A program made the position numbers and the translations under genes. Below are positions 55,188 through 63,903 of a stretch of DNA of 64,000 bases, in pieces (positions within the stretch are counted from its first letter, which is position 1; each line of letters begins with the position of its first letter). The DNA lies in the IMG/VR virus record IMGVR_UViG_3300022745_000017, positions 62,001 to 126,000 of that record. One strand, given 5' to 3'. The notes beneath the pieces were generated by a model. The model was given only the letters and a program-made list of their open reading frames with translations. It had not been told where the DNA came from and made no database searches.

Positions 55188-55688
55188 TTGATGATGAGAT
55201 TCCCAAATACAGACACTGTACATGAATGTGACATGGCTCTTCTTGAGAAGTTACGCGTGATTGGCCCAGACACACAGGTGTACAAAGATACCGCTAGACC
55301 AGGCAGGTGGTGGGGTACAAGCGCACTGATGAATCGCATGCACCTCATGACTGATAAAGGCAATTGTCTTGAATATGGTAGTTGGAGCGTAGCCTGTATT
55401 TCTCACTACGGTTGGGTTGAGTATTTGCCAGCCGCTATTACGAGCAAAGCAATCCCCACGCCGGAGTTAAGCTCCGATTATCGGAAAGCTCTAGATATAG
55501 CGAGTCGGTTACTACCGAAGATATTGCCTAAAGGCTGTCAAGTCGTAACTAACACTTATCTCAATTGCGAAGATGAGTTAGTTTACCGATTCTCAAGAAG
55601 AGTTGGTACATCTAGCTTCGACGTGTTTGTTGTTAAGGCTAAATGCATGGGTGAGCCTATTCTCAGTCATTTGACGAAAGGAAACTGA
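55188..55688 (+). CDS. Hypothetical protein, paralog of 54717
   Basis: Same motifs as 54717; AAGGAG RBS. Confidence 0.75.
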   Translation: MMMRFPNTDTVHECDMALLEKLRVIGPDTQVYKDTARPGRWWGTSALMNRMHLMTDKGNCLEYGSWSVACISHYGWVEYLPAAITSKAIPTPELSSDYRKALDIASRLLPKILPKGCQVVTNTYLNCEDELVYRFSRRVGTSSFDVFVVKAKCMGEPILSHLTKGN

Positions 55689-55748
55689 AGTAAAGATATC
55701 AATACCCACCTCACACCCCAGAGATTAACTCTTATCTAGGTAAACATC

Positions 55749-56213
55749 ATGCCACACTTATCCGACATAATTCTCACTGATAACCCGGTAAAATATAGTC
55801 ACAATACAGAACTTACTCAAGAGGAGTACGACATTCTCCTAGGCCTGGTTACTGATGGCCTGGAATGGCGAGATTACAGTTTGCAAAAGAGTAAGGCGCT
55901 CGTACCGTCCGAGTGCCAGGAATTCGTAATTTTGCCAAGAACTTATTTAACTGTTGTCACTCCGTACAAAGTTATTGGCTATGTCTTCCGTGATTCACCA
56001 GAAATACCTGCTGAGCGCACAGAAAAGGTAAAAGCGGCTTTTTCTAAAGCACACCCCAACATCCCGACCCATCAGTTCAAGGTGTATGAGTTTATAAGCT
56101 GTCAACCGCCGCACTTACTCAGCCTGGCCTCAGTTAGCCTGACCATTGTGGTTGGGCTGACCAATGTCAACCTGGTTTTCAAATCCAGGCCCGGTGACCA
56201 GCTGTTCTTTTAA
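55749..56213 (+). CDS. Hypothetical protein
   Basis: 154-aa ORF. Confidence 0.6.
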   Translation: MPHLSDIILTDNPVKYSHNTELTQEEYDILLGLVTDGLEWRDYSLQKSKALVPSECQEFVILPRTYLTVVTPYKVIGYVFRDSPEIPAERTEKVKAAFSKAHPNIPTHQFKVYEFISCQPPHLLSLASVSLTIVVGLTNVNLVFKSRPGDQLFF

Positions 56214-56231
56214 CCCAATAGAATACCCCAA

Positions 56232-56666
56232 ATGAACAAACCCGACCAACCATGGCTCAACGAGCCTAACTACGCCCACTGGGTCAATGAGCAAACAGGC
56301 TTACAATGCATCTTGTCCCGGCATCCTGACGCCCTGTTTTGGGCAGGGTATGTGGGAGTGGATGCAAATAACCCCCTGTACCAGAAGGACTATTGCACAG
56401 TTGAAATTGGTAGTATGTGGGTACATAAAGGGTTGACGAACAGCTCCTTTGGTTTGCCTCACATGTGGGACTGTCAAGACGTGCAAATGCTCGAAGACAA
56501 GGGTCTGTGGTACTTTGGCTTTGACGCTGGTCACCTCTATGATTACCAACCATATAGGGCAGATAGCAGACCACCTATGTCTTGCGAGACCTATCGCGCC
56601 TACGAATACATGCGTGAAAACTGCAATGCCTTGGCTTTGAAAATCTTCGAGGAGTCTAAGAAATGA
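56232..56666 (+). CDS. Widespread uncharacterised phage protein
   Basis: W.NEP...G.QC...R....WAGYV.V...NP.Y...VHKGLT...WYFGFDAGH..D...YR pattern recalled from many phages. Confidence 0.7.
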   Translation: MNKPDQPWLNEPNYAHWVNEQTGLQCILSRHPDALFWAGYVGVDANNPLYQKDYCTVEIGSMWVHKGLTNSSFGLPHMWDCQDVQMLEDKGLWYFGFDAGHLYDYQPYRADSRPPMSCETYRAYEYMRENCNALALKIFEESKK

Positions 56667-57289
56667 AATACGATGGGTTCACGACTCTACCCTGGGCAAG
56701 CATTCCACCGGTGCTAAAAGAGTACCGGTTTGACGAGCACATATGTGTTTTACCAGCGGGTGTTACTGTGTCAGGCAGGGCGTCTCGCAACACGCCTCGC
56801 TTCATGGTCAGCAAATCATCGACAGTGTATGACTACGTCGGTGTAAAAAGCTTAGGTGTTCGAAAAGACCAGACGGTCCGGGAAGTCTACTACACGTTAG
56901 TAGGCCTGTGCCGAAAAAGTCAAACTTACCTGAGCGCAAATCACCTGAAGATTGCACATACAAAATCGAGGGCGTCTAGCATAGCCGCAATGCTGTCAGT
57001 CGACCTGGGCCTGAATATCCCTGACAGTGCTATCTTGGTTTATCTTGGTCGCAAGGCAGGCTGGCTCACGGTGCGCTATGCGCCGCCTGTGCGGTTGTTG
57101 CCGTATCTGAGTCCCTTGCAAAGACTTGCTTATACCTTCAAACTCGGGGCTGATGTCGGCCCACTTGCCCAGGCAGCAGTTGACAAGTTCGTTGCTGTTC
57201 AAAATGCCGCATGCGAAGCGCTGCTCAAGGACTTCAAACGCCGGCAAGCCGATGTAGAGCGTTATCGGTTCTTTGGAATGATTCAGTAA
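56663..57289 (+). CDS. Member 1 of a four-gene paralog array
   Basis: MKYDGFTTLPWASIPP, VLPAG, YLSANHL, PPVRLLPY, LLKDF. Confidence 0.8.
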   Translation: MKYDGFTTLPWASIPPVLKEYRFDEHICVLPAGVTVSGRASRNTPRFMVSKSSTVYDYVGVKSLGVRKDQTVREVYYTLVGLCRKSQTYLSANHLKIAHTKSRASSIAAMLSVDLGLNIPDSAILVYLGRKAGWLTVRYAPPVRLLPYLSPLQRLAYTFKLGADVGPLAQAAVDKFVAVQNAACEALLKDFKRRQADVERYRFFGMIQ

Positions 57290-57308
57290 GTTAGAAAGGG
57301 TATCTGGT

Positions 57309-57899
57309 ATGCATTACGACGAATACACTCACCTGAAGTGGGGCAGTGTCCCACCAGCACTGGAAGTGCGTCAATACGAAGGCAACGATTATGTCATGCC
57401 AGTAGGAATGTTTTTCGTCAATGCCACTTACGCAGCTAACGCGCGTTTGGGCTTGACGCCGTCTAGCATCTTCAATAAAGTGCTAGGCAAGACAAGCATT
57501 GGCTATAAGAAACACGGTAGCATGACACAGCTGTATCGCAGCTGTGCTTGGCAGCTAGATGTGCCTGAAGTTCTCAACCACAACCACCTACTGCAAGCGG
57601 GCTATAAATTCCCCGAAGCAGATTCTGCGGTGTCACGTATCTTTACTGATCTGGGTATTAACCGCATCAAAGAGATGCCCACTCTGATCAAAAAGAACGG
57701 CGAACACTACGACATCATCTACCGTGTGCCGGTGCGACTGTTGCAGTACTGTGATGGTCAGAAGAACTTTTGCAGGCGCTGTGATTGTTCTGATGGTGCC
57801 GTTGGCGTACAAAACGCGCTAGCTCATCTGGAGAAGATTCACAACGACCTGTGCACGCGGTTGATTGAAGACTTTAACGCTAAGCGTGCTAAGAAGTAA
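57309..57899 (+). CDS. Member 2 of the paralog array
   Basis: MHYDEYTHLKWGSVPP, VMPVG, LNHNHL, VPVRLLQY, LIEDF. Confidence 0.8.
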   Translation: MHYDEYTHLKWGSVPPALEVRQYEGNDYVMPVGMFFVNATYAANARLGLTPSSIFNKVLGKTSIGYKKHGSMTQLYRSCAWQLDVPEVLNHNHLLQAGYKFPEADSAVSRIFTDLGINRIKEMPTLIKKNGEHYDIIYRVPVRLLQYCDGQKNFCRRCDCSDGAVGVQNALAHLEKIHNDLCTRLIEDFNAKRAKK

Positions 57900-57943
57900 T
57901 CCATCTGTACTGACTGACTAACTCAGAAAGGTAGTGTAGACAA

Positions 57944-58051
57944 ATGTCTAAAGACGAAACCATCTGTAAAGACGTGATTAAGTGGCCTGTGGGAAGCGAG
58001 ATCTTGCGGGTTCACACCGGTGAAATGGTGGAGTTTCTCAGACACCCTTGA
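57944..58051 (+). CDS. Possible 35-aa ORF or remnant inside the array
   Basis: MSKDETICKDVIKWPVGSEILRVHTGEMVEFLRHP; AGAAAGG upstream. Confidence 0.35.
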   Translation: MSKDETICKDVIKWPVGSEILRVHTGEMVEFLRHP

Positions 58052-58096
58052 GTGCATGTGGTGCGAAATGGAAAAAGCCGGAATCGTCTAATCAAT

Positions 58097-58129
58097 GCTA
58101 GTACGGTGGGACAATCCCACCGTACTAGC
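58097..58129 (+). terminator. 14-bp hairpin
   Basis: gctagtacggtggg-acaat-cccaccgtactagc. Confidence 0.55.
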
Positions 58130-58145
58130 CAACTAGGAAACTGCC

Positions 58146-58769
58146 ATGAAATATGATCTCTTTAGCCTTATGGACTGGACTTCTATTCCTCCCCAAATGA
58201 CTGAATACGTTGCTGGGGATGATGTCTTTGTTTTGCCAACTGGTTTGAGCTTGTACCGTATACACCGTGGCATCTACTGCATCGATGCTACTAATAACGT
58301 AAAGCTAAGAAACATACTCGAAAAGGATCGATTTTACGATAGTCGGTTTGAATCCGTCGCGCAGTTGTACCGGTATGTGGCAAACAAAATCCGGCATAAC
58401 CAAGATTACTTGAGCGCTAACCACTTGCGCATCAAGGGCGGTCCTAAGGTTGCTTTTAATAAGAGCGATGAGATTTTTGCTTCGTTCGGTGTTGTAAAGC
58501 CTGAAGGGATTGGCATTATAGCTTCTCGGTCACATAAAGGGCATGTGGCGCTTCGTTACTATGTACCTGTACGTCTTCGAAAGTATAACGGAGGAGATAT
58601 AGATGTCAAAAAGACCCTGGTGCATGAACCCCAAGCACAAGCTGCACACATGCAAGAAATCCTAGACTTGTTTGCAGAACTTAACAAGACGTTCATCGAA
58701 ATGCTTTTGGCTGACTTCAAACAAAGCCAGGAGCAGCTCAGAAACGATCCCACAGTCATCACCAGATAA
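58146..58769 (+). CDS. Member 3 of the paralog array
   Basis: MKYDLFSLMDWTSIPP, VLPTG, YLSANHL, VPVRLRKY, LLADF. Confidence 0.8.
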   Translation: MKYDLFSLMDWTSIPPQMTEYVAGDDVFVLPTGLSLYRIHRGIYCIDATNNVKLRNILEKDRFYDSRFESVAQLYRYVANKIRHNQDYLSANHLRIKGGPKVAFNKSDEIFASFGVVKPEGIGIIASRSHKGHVALRYYVPVRLRKYNGGDIDVKKTLVHEPQAQAAHMQEILDLFAELNKTFIEMLLADFKQSQEQLRNDPTVITR

Positions 58770-58808
58770 ACACCATAGGGTTAAACCCCATGACGATAGG
58801 AGAGATGC

Positions 58809-59444
58809 ATGAACTATGACCTCTTTACATTGATGCCTTGGCGTTCAATTCCGCCTACTCTCATCAACCGGTTTATCGGTGATGACAGCTATGTCTTGCC
58901 AATGGGTATTAGCTTGAGCGTGAGCTCAGATCGAAAGAGGGCTTACATTCACATCAGTACAGCAAACGCTGCTTATGACACTCTGAAGGTCAAACAAATC
59001 GGTGTGCGACGAGAAGATCTCGCTGATGCATACACCGATATGGCTGCTAAGCTAGCAGTCGATGAAGCCTATCTGCAAGCAAATCAGCTCACACCTAACC
59101 GAGTGTTTGCTAAAACAGATACGTTTACCAAGCAGATGCTTGACAAAGTCGGTGTGCAAGTCAGTGGCTACCGTGTAACGATCTCTGAGCAAAATAACCC
59201 CCGGCTAAAAGCACAGCTCATACGGGTGTCACGCCACATCCCTAAGCGCTTGCAAGCTTATTCAGACGGTAAGGAGTGTCTGATCTGTTACCACTGGCCT
59301 GTGGACTTTACAACCAAAGACTTACGGCGCACACTGAGCTACTTTGAGTGGAAATTCAAGGAGTATGAAGACAAACTGATGAAGGATTTCGAGCTGCTGC
59401 GTGAGCGAGTTCGTGCGAGAAAACAAAGTGGCGCGGTGTTGTAA
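58809..59444 (+). CDS. Member 4 of the paralog array
   Basis: MNYDLFTLMPWRSIPP, VLPMG, YLQANQL, IPKRLQAY, LMKDF. Confidence 0.8.
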   Translation: MNYDLFTLMPWRSIPPTLINRFIGDDSYVLPMGISLSVSSDRKRAYIHISTANAAYDTLKVKQIGVRREDLADAYTDMAAKLAVDEAYLQANQLTPNRVFAKTDTFTKQMLDKVGVQVSGYRVTISEQNNPRLKAQLIRVSRHIPKRLQAYSDGKECLICYHWPVDFTTKDLRRTLSYFEWKFKEYEDKLMKDFELLRERVRARKQSGAVL

Positions 59445-59449
59445 TACAG

Positions 59450-59526
59450 TTTTCTTCAGTCACATATATCGTCAGTGTGTTAGTGATGATGCTAATCTGA
59501 CACACTCCTTTATCTGCATCGTGGAG
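59450..59526 (+). ncRNA. Conserved promoter plus pseudoknotted leader, copy 3
   Basis: P1 59474-59483/59497-59506; TGATGC 59487-59492 with GCATCG 59516-59521; GGAG 59523-59526. Confidence 0.65.
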
Positions 59527-59532
59527 ATTGAA

Positions 59533-59631
59533 ATGAAAAACGTACTGATTACCGCAAGCCTGGTCAACGTGCTGACCAAGTTGACGGGTTGGTGGCTGGA
59601 GCTAGGCTGGGACGGTGAGTGGTGTACGTGA
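59533..59631 (+). CDS. 32-aa Trp-rich peptide
   Basis: MKNVLITASLVNVLTKLTGWWLELGWDGEWCT; GGAG RBS, own promoter/leader and terminator. Confidence 0.6.
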   Translation: MKNVLITASLVNVLTKLTGWWLELGWDGEWCT

Positions 59632-59638
59632 AGCGTTG

Positions 59639-59686
59639 AGTACAGACAGGGGCTAGCTAGCCCCTGTCTGTACTATCTTTTTTTCT
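59639..59686 (+). terminator. 36-bp perfect palindrome plus T-run
   Basis: agtacagacaggggctagctagcccctgtctgtact at 59639-59674. Confidence 0.75.
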
Positions 59687-59752
59687 TGATCAAAATAATA
59701 TCACCCGCATATCATCCCTTTGAGCACTGTCGCTCACAACGGAAAGAAACAA

Positions 59753-61744
59753 ATGTCTGTTACCGAATCTGAAAAGCTCCCATATCAAGAATTCTTGCAA
59801 AAGGCCGTGGGGATTATTGGCACACTCCCTTTGATACCACTCAACGATTTCACCAACGGTGACGAGCATTTCTATATCGATCTGAGTCCCGTGTCCCGCC
59901 TCTGTAATGCTGTTTTGGCCACAGCAGACCGTGTCACGGATGCCATCAAAAATCACGGGGTGAAAAAGATCTATGTCGGGATAGAAAACGTGCCGGTGAA
60001 CGAACCTGTTCGCCACGTCGTACTGGCTGATAATACCGTCGACTTGAACATGAGAGCGCCACTACTGCTCGAAGCTATTGATCACATTTTGAAAAACCGT
60101 CACCAAGGTCTGGTCATCCTGCACAACCCCGGCTTCAACACCACCATTTACCTGATTGAAAAAGCCATGACACCTGATACCCAAGTCGAAGAAAACAGCG
60201 TGCAACCCCTCTCCCATTTTACGATCACGCCGCAGCGATACATCTACATTTCCCCGAAAGCTACGGTGGAAAACTTGACATGCTTTATGGCTGACGCCAT
60301 GAGTCAGCATCTGAAGATAGATGGAAAAGCCTGTGTAGTACTCGGGCACACCACCTTCAGCGACCAAACCCTCGTCAAGCCTGTATACAGCGTAACCGTC
60401 TCCGGTACTTTGAATCAATTGGAGGAAGTTGTTGGGTCTTTGGTTAAGCGAGTCCGAAATGATAAAGACTGCTTTTTGGTCGTCACCAATATGGGCGGCT
60501 CCCCTACCGGCGACACCTTCCTTTTACTAAAGCGAGTCGAAATGCCTGAAAATACCCTGGCTAATACCATGAATCAACCAGCGGCACCCAAACGATTAGT
60601 GCGGCTGTTTGCAAACCCCGAGATAGTCAACAGCGTTATTATCAACGCGGTGCTCGAAGCCTTTACAGACATGCGTAACGGGGGCGTTGACTCGATTACT
60701 GTGGACACTACAGTCAATCCACATGAAGGACAAGAACTTTGCAAGGTGCACACTCTGGACCGCGCAAACCTGAATGGCACTGATATCGAACGCTACGTCA
60801 TGTGGGTGTGGACTCAGCATTTCCACCGTGTGATCTTCAGCATTGATGACGGTAGCGGCCAATATAGCGTTGAGGCCTATCGGTATAACCCGACGTACAC
60901 CACTGGATCGAACGTGGTGGAGCAAGCACCGCCCACCCAGACATATCCTGCCAAGCTGGATTTGGTCGCCGACCAACAGTTGGGGTTCACTGCTTTGGAA
61001 AGCCAGATCAAAGAGGCGTTCCCTGGCATCTATTTGGGTCAAACACAAATTAGCTGTGTGGCCAAGTCCAATGATTGCCCAGCAGGATGGATGGAAGAAA
61101 CCACCCACGCCATCGATACGAAAGAGCTAACCATCGAGCTAATTCTTGGTGAGGCCAAGAAGATTTACATGAAGCAGTTCGACAAACTCACCGTCACGCA
61201 CAGTGGTAGTTGGTGTATGCTGCGGCAATGGAAATATGTCGCAGTAACTACTGCTGCTGAGGAAAAAGCAGAACCGGTGCCGGAACCCGCAGCTGCGACC
61301 GATACACAGCCCACACCGGCGGAGCCTGCGTTCAAACGCCGGCGTGCTGATGTCTTGGTGAAAAAGATGCTCATGTGCACACGGGTGCTGTACAAGGACA
61401 GTGAGTTCATCACCATTCGTGTCTTAAGCGCGGAGCATAAAGAAACCATCACACTCCCGAATGGGTTGGTTGTGCGTCTCGGCAACTGCTTTGATACACG
61501 GGTGATGGCGCTGACGGGTCGTCACAATACCACGGACAAACCTGCTGCTAATTTCGAAACCTTCATCGATGCCAATAAGCTGGAGCCTGTCCAGCTTTAT
61601 TGGGTGCGCAGCATCAACAACAAAGAGCGCTGGCAAGACATCGAAGGCATGAAGTTTTCAACGGAGGACCTCTCGCAGCTTCTACAACAATACAGCAGTT
61701 TGGTGAGCGTTGCTCTCGATGGGCGTGTGTCTTACCTCGCTTGA
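59753..61744 (+). CDS. Large modular hypothetical protein
   Basis: Start MSVTESEK after GGAAAG; about four alpha/beta blocks separated by P/Q/T/E-rich linkers. Confidence 0.75.
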   Translation: MSVTESEKLPYQEFLQKAVGIIGTLPLIPLNDFTNGDEHFYIDLSPVSRLCNAVLATADRVTDAIKNHGVKKIYVGIENVPVNEPVRHVVLADNTVDLNMRAPLLLEAIDHILKNRHQGLVILHNPGFNTTIYLIEKAMTPDTQVEENSVQPLSHFTITPQRYIYISPKATVENLTCFMADAMSQHLKIDGKACVVLGHTTFSDQTLVKPVYSVTVSGTLNQLEEVVGSLVKRVRNDKDCFLVVTNMGGSPTGDTFLLLKRVEMPENTLANTMNQPAAPKRLVRLFANPEIVNSVIINAVLEAFTDMRNGGVDSITVDTTVNPHEGQELCKVHTLDRANLNGTDIERYVMWVWTQHFHRVIFSIDDGSGQYSVEAYRYNPTYTTGSNVVEQAPPTQTYPAKLDLVADQQLGFTALESQIKEAFPGIYLGQTQISCVAKSNDCPAGWMEETTHAIDTKELTIELILGEAKKIYMKQFDKLTVTHSGSWCMLRQWKYVAVTTAAEEKAEPVPEPAAATDTQPTPAEPAFKRRRADVLVKKMLMCTRVLYKDSEFITIRVLSAEHKETITLPNGLVVRLGNCFDTRVMALTGRHNTTDKPAANFETFIDANKLEPVQLYWVRSINNKERWQDIEGMKFSTEDLSQLLQQYSSLVSVALDGRVSYLA

Positions 61745-61791
61745 TCAACCGGGGGCTTAGGCCCCCATTTCTTTACTCTGGAGCGTTTGAA

Positions 61792-62643
61792 ATGGAAAAA
61801 CCAGTCATTGGTACTGAAATCGGCCAATACCTGTTTGGTGTGTATCACAACGGCGATGATGTGCGTGTCAAGCTGTTTGTGCAAATCCCTCCCAATGGGG
61901 CCGATGAAAACAAAGAAGGTGTTTGGCTGGATGAGCATACAGAGCTGCTGTACAAACTCACTCTTAAAGACATCGGTGGTCCTGCTGTTTTCCGCCGTGT
62001 TAATCAAGATGGTGAAGATTACTACACACCGCTCTTGTCCGATTTTGAGCGTGATGATGTCAAGGCTGCCATCATTGCACTAGCCACTTCTGCTCAGGTT
62101 TCTTACTCGCAAAAGTCACTAGCAGAAGCACTGACTGCTTGCTATAGCCACTACGCTGATTACGTCTACATGCTCTCGCAGTCTCGTCAAAGTACACCTG
62201 AAAAACAGGATGATGATGTCTGTTTGCCCATTGATTACCCACGTCTTGTCGACGTGTATGGAATTGGCAAGGAGCTGGTGCTGGTGGACGCCTCTGGCAA
62301 GACAATCCCAGAAAAGACAAGTCAGCGGTTTGTAGGCGTGATTACATCGGCACAGATCTTTACCAGTGTCAAGCAAAATGGTACGCTAATGATGCTAGAC
62401 GCACCATATGTGCGTTTTACGGCATCAAAAAAGGTCGGCCACGAACCGAGCTTTGTCGCACTGGTTCGACTTAACACCACAGCACACCCTGGGGCCGATC
62501 AGGTTTGCTGGGAAGACGCCAATGTCGAGGAAGACTACTGGGCCGATGCTCGCCAGTACCTTTGGCTAATGGGCAATAAAAATCCAGTTCTCAAGAACAT
62601 CAGGACAGAAAATCCCGGTGTTGACTGGAGTGTCTGGCAATGA
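61792..62643 (+). CDS. Hypothetical protein
   Basis: Start moved to MEKPVIG after GGAG. Confidence 0.75.
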   Translation: MEKPVIGTEIGQYLFGVYHNGDDVRVKLFVQIPPNGADENKEGVWLDEHTELLYKLTLKDIGGPAVFRRVNQDGEDYYTPLLSDFERDDVKAAIIALATSAQVSYSQKSLAEALTACYSHYADYVYMLSQSRQSTPEKQDDDVCLPIDYPRLVDVYGIGKELVLVDASGKTIPEKTSQRFVGVITSAQIFTSVKQNGTLMMLDAPYVRFTASKKVGHEPSFVALVRLNTTAHPGADQVCWEDANVEEDYWADARQYLWLMGNKNPVLKNIRTENPGVDWSVWQ

Positions 62644-62948
62644 GCTTTGCACAAACGATCGCTGCGTTCTACATCTCCCAGTACCACCAGATCCAAGCCG
62701 GTGGCTGGGCCGTGGCCATTACCATCATCATGCCTTACGTGCTGAGCGTCAACACCATGTTCAGCATGCACTACGTCGGCAAGCTGCGCACCATTGGCTG
62801 GGCACTCCAGTTGGGTGGACAGTTTGGCTGGCTGCTGTGGATGGTGGTGTCTCAGAACTTCGGGTTCTTGTTGCTCAACGCCTTCATGTGGTATGTGATC
62901 ATCAAGAACCTCTTGGCCTGGCGTAAGAACCCGCCGTCACAAGGCTAA
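62640..62948 (+). CDS. Small 3-4 TM membrane protein, PnuC-half-like pattern
   Basis: GWALQLGGQFGWLLW...FGFLLLNAFMWYVIIKNLLAW; ATGA overlap. Confidence 0.65.
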   Translation: MSFAQTIAAFYISQYHQIQAGGWAVAITIIMPYVLSVNTMFSMHYVGKLRTIGWALQLGGQFGWLLWMVVSQNFGFLLLNAFMWYVIIKNLLAWRKNPPSQG

Positions 62949-62960
62949 ACAACAACCACT

Positions 62961-63007
62961 GCGCTGTACTGCTTGGCTAAATACCAAGCAGTACAGCGCT
63001 CTTTTTT
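62961..63007 (+). terminator. Intrinsic terminator
   Basis: gcgctgtactgcttgg/ccaagcagtacagcgc, then tctttttt. Confidence 0.75.
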
Positions 63008-63020
63008 GAGGATGATAAAC

Positions 63021-63440
63021 ATGTCTGGTTTTAAAGCATTTCTGGAATTGGCTCAGATGGAACAAGAGGAGTTAATCCAGCCAGCTGATGGTAGTGGCGC
63101 TATCGCTGTGACTTATTATGTTGACTTTCATGGCACACGCTACCGTGTAAAATGCGAGTATGTTAATAACGCAGTTGGAGCTACTAACGAGATCTCTTTC
63201 ACGCATAGTGACGAAGGGTTTAACTTACAGGAAGCTCTCACGACCCGCAAGGATGAGTTAATCTTTCAATACCTCATCAGGATGCCTAAGCGCAATACAC
63301 GGATTTATCTGGCCTTCGACGATGCAAACAACGAGGCTAGCTGTATTTGCAAACACCCCCGTTGGTGCATCAAGATCACCACCACTAAAATAACCAAACA
63401 GCTCGCAGAGGTTAACAATGAAAAAGTTCAACCCGAGTGA
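63021..63440 (+). CDS. Hypothetical protein
   Basis: Start moved to MSGFKAF after GAGGA. Confidence 0.65.
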   Translation: MSGFKAFLELAQMEQEELIQPADGSGAIAVTYYVDFHGTRYRVKCEYVNNAVGATNEISFTHSDEGFNLQEALTTRKDELIFQYLIRMPKRNTRIYLAFDDANNEASCICKHPRWCIKITTTKITKQLAEVNNEKVQPE

Positions 63441-63903
63441 GTTAGCACAGGTGCGCCAGCGGGTAGAAGAGTTGATGGCTAAGCCCATTGATGAAAATGT
63501 CGAACCTGAGCTACTGGCTTGTGAGTTGAGTAGCTTATACTGGGCTGGCAGCTTTTACAACGCGCTCATGCGCTCTGTGCACATGGCGTGGCGAGGTAGA
63601 ATCACTGTAGATGAGCGCCCGGTCATCTCTGGCGTTTTTGTGTGCTCAAAGTACCTACACCTCGATGTCTTGATCGCTGAGGGTAGTCTGGTTAGACAAC
63701 TATTCAATGAAACCAATACCGAGCCTGCTACCGACCCTACAAAGGCTATCCGGGCCATACTACCTGACTGCCACATCTTCGGTCAGTACTTTGAAAACAA
63801 CGGCAAGACGTACCGCGCAGTCTACACATTTCGTGTGAGTGGCTTCAAAGAGCCACCTATCTTACTTATCTCAACCACCTCTTGCAAGAAAGAACTGTTA
63901 TGA
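63418..63903 (+). CDS. Hypothetical protein
   Basis: 161 aa, GAGG RBS. Confidence 0.7.
   Translation: MKKFNPSELAQVRQRVEELMAKPIDENVEPELLACELSSLYWAGSFYNALMRSVHMAWRGRITVDERPVISGVFVCSKYLHLDVLIAEGSLVRQLFNETNTEPATDPTKAIRAILPDCHIFGQYFENNGKTYRAVYTFRVSGFKEPPILLISTTSCKKELL

Noticed and set aside
59483-59500. Box C (GTGATGA) and box D (CTGA) kink-turn reading of the leader motif
   Set aside because: Only copy 3 has a consensus box C. Copy 1 has GTAATGA and copy 2 lacks CTGA, while the pseudoknot pairing is kept in all three.
5055-63000. Palindromes as CRISPR repeats or REP/IS200-type elements
   Set aside because: They are single, differ in sequence, sit at gene ends and are not regularly spaced; no cas or transposase gene is present in the window.
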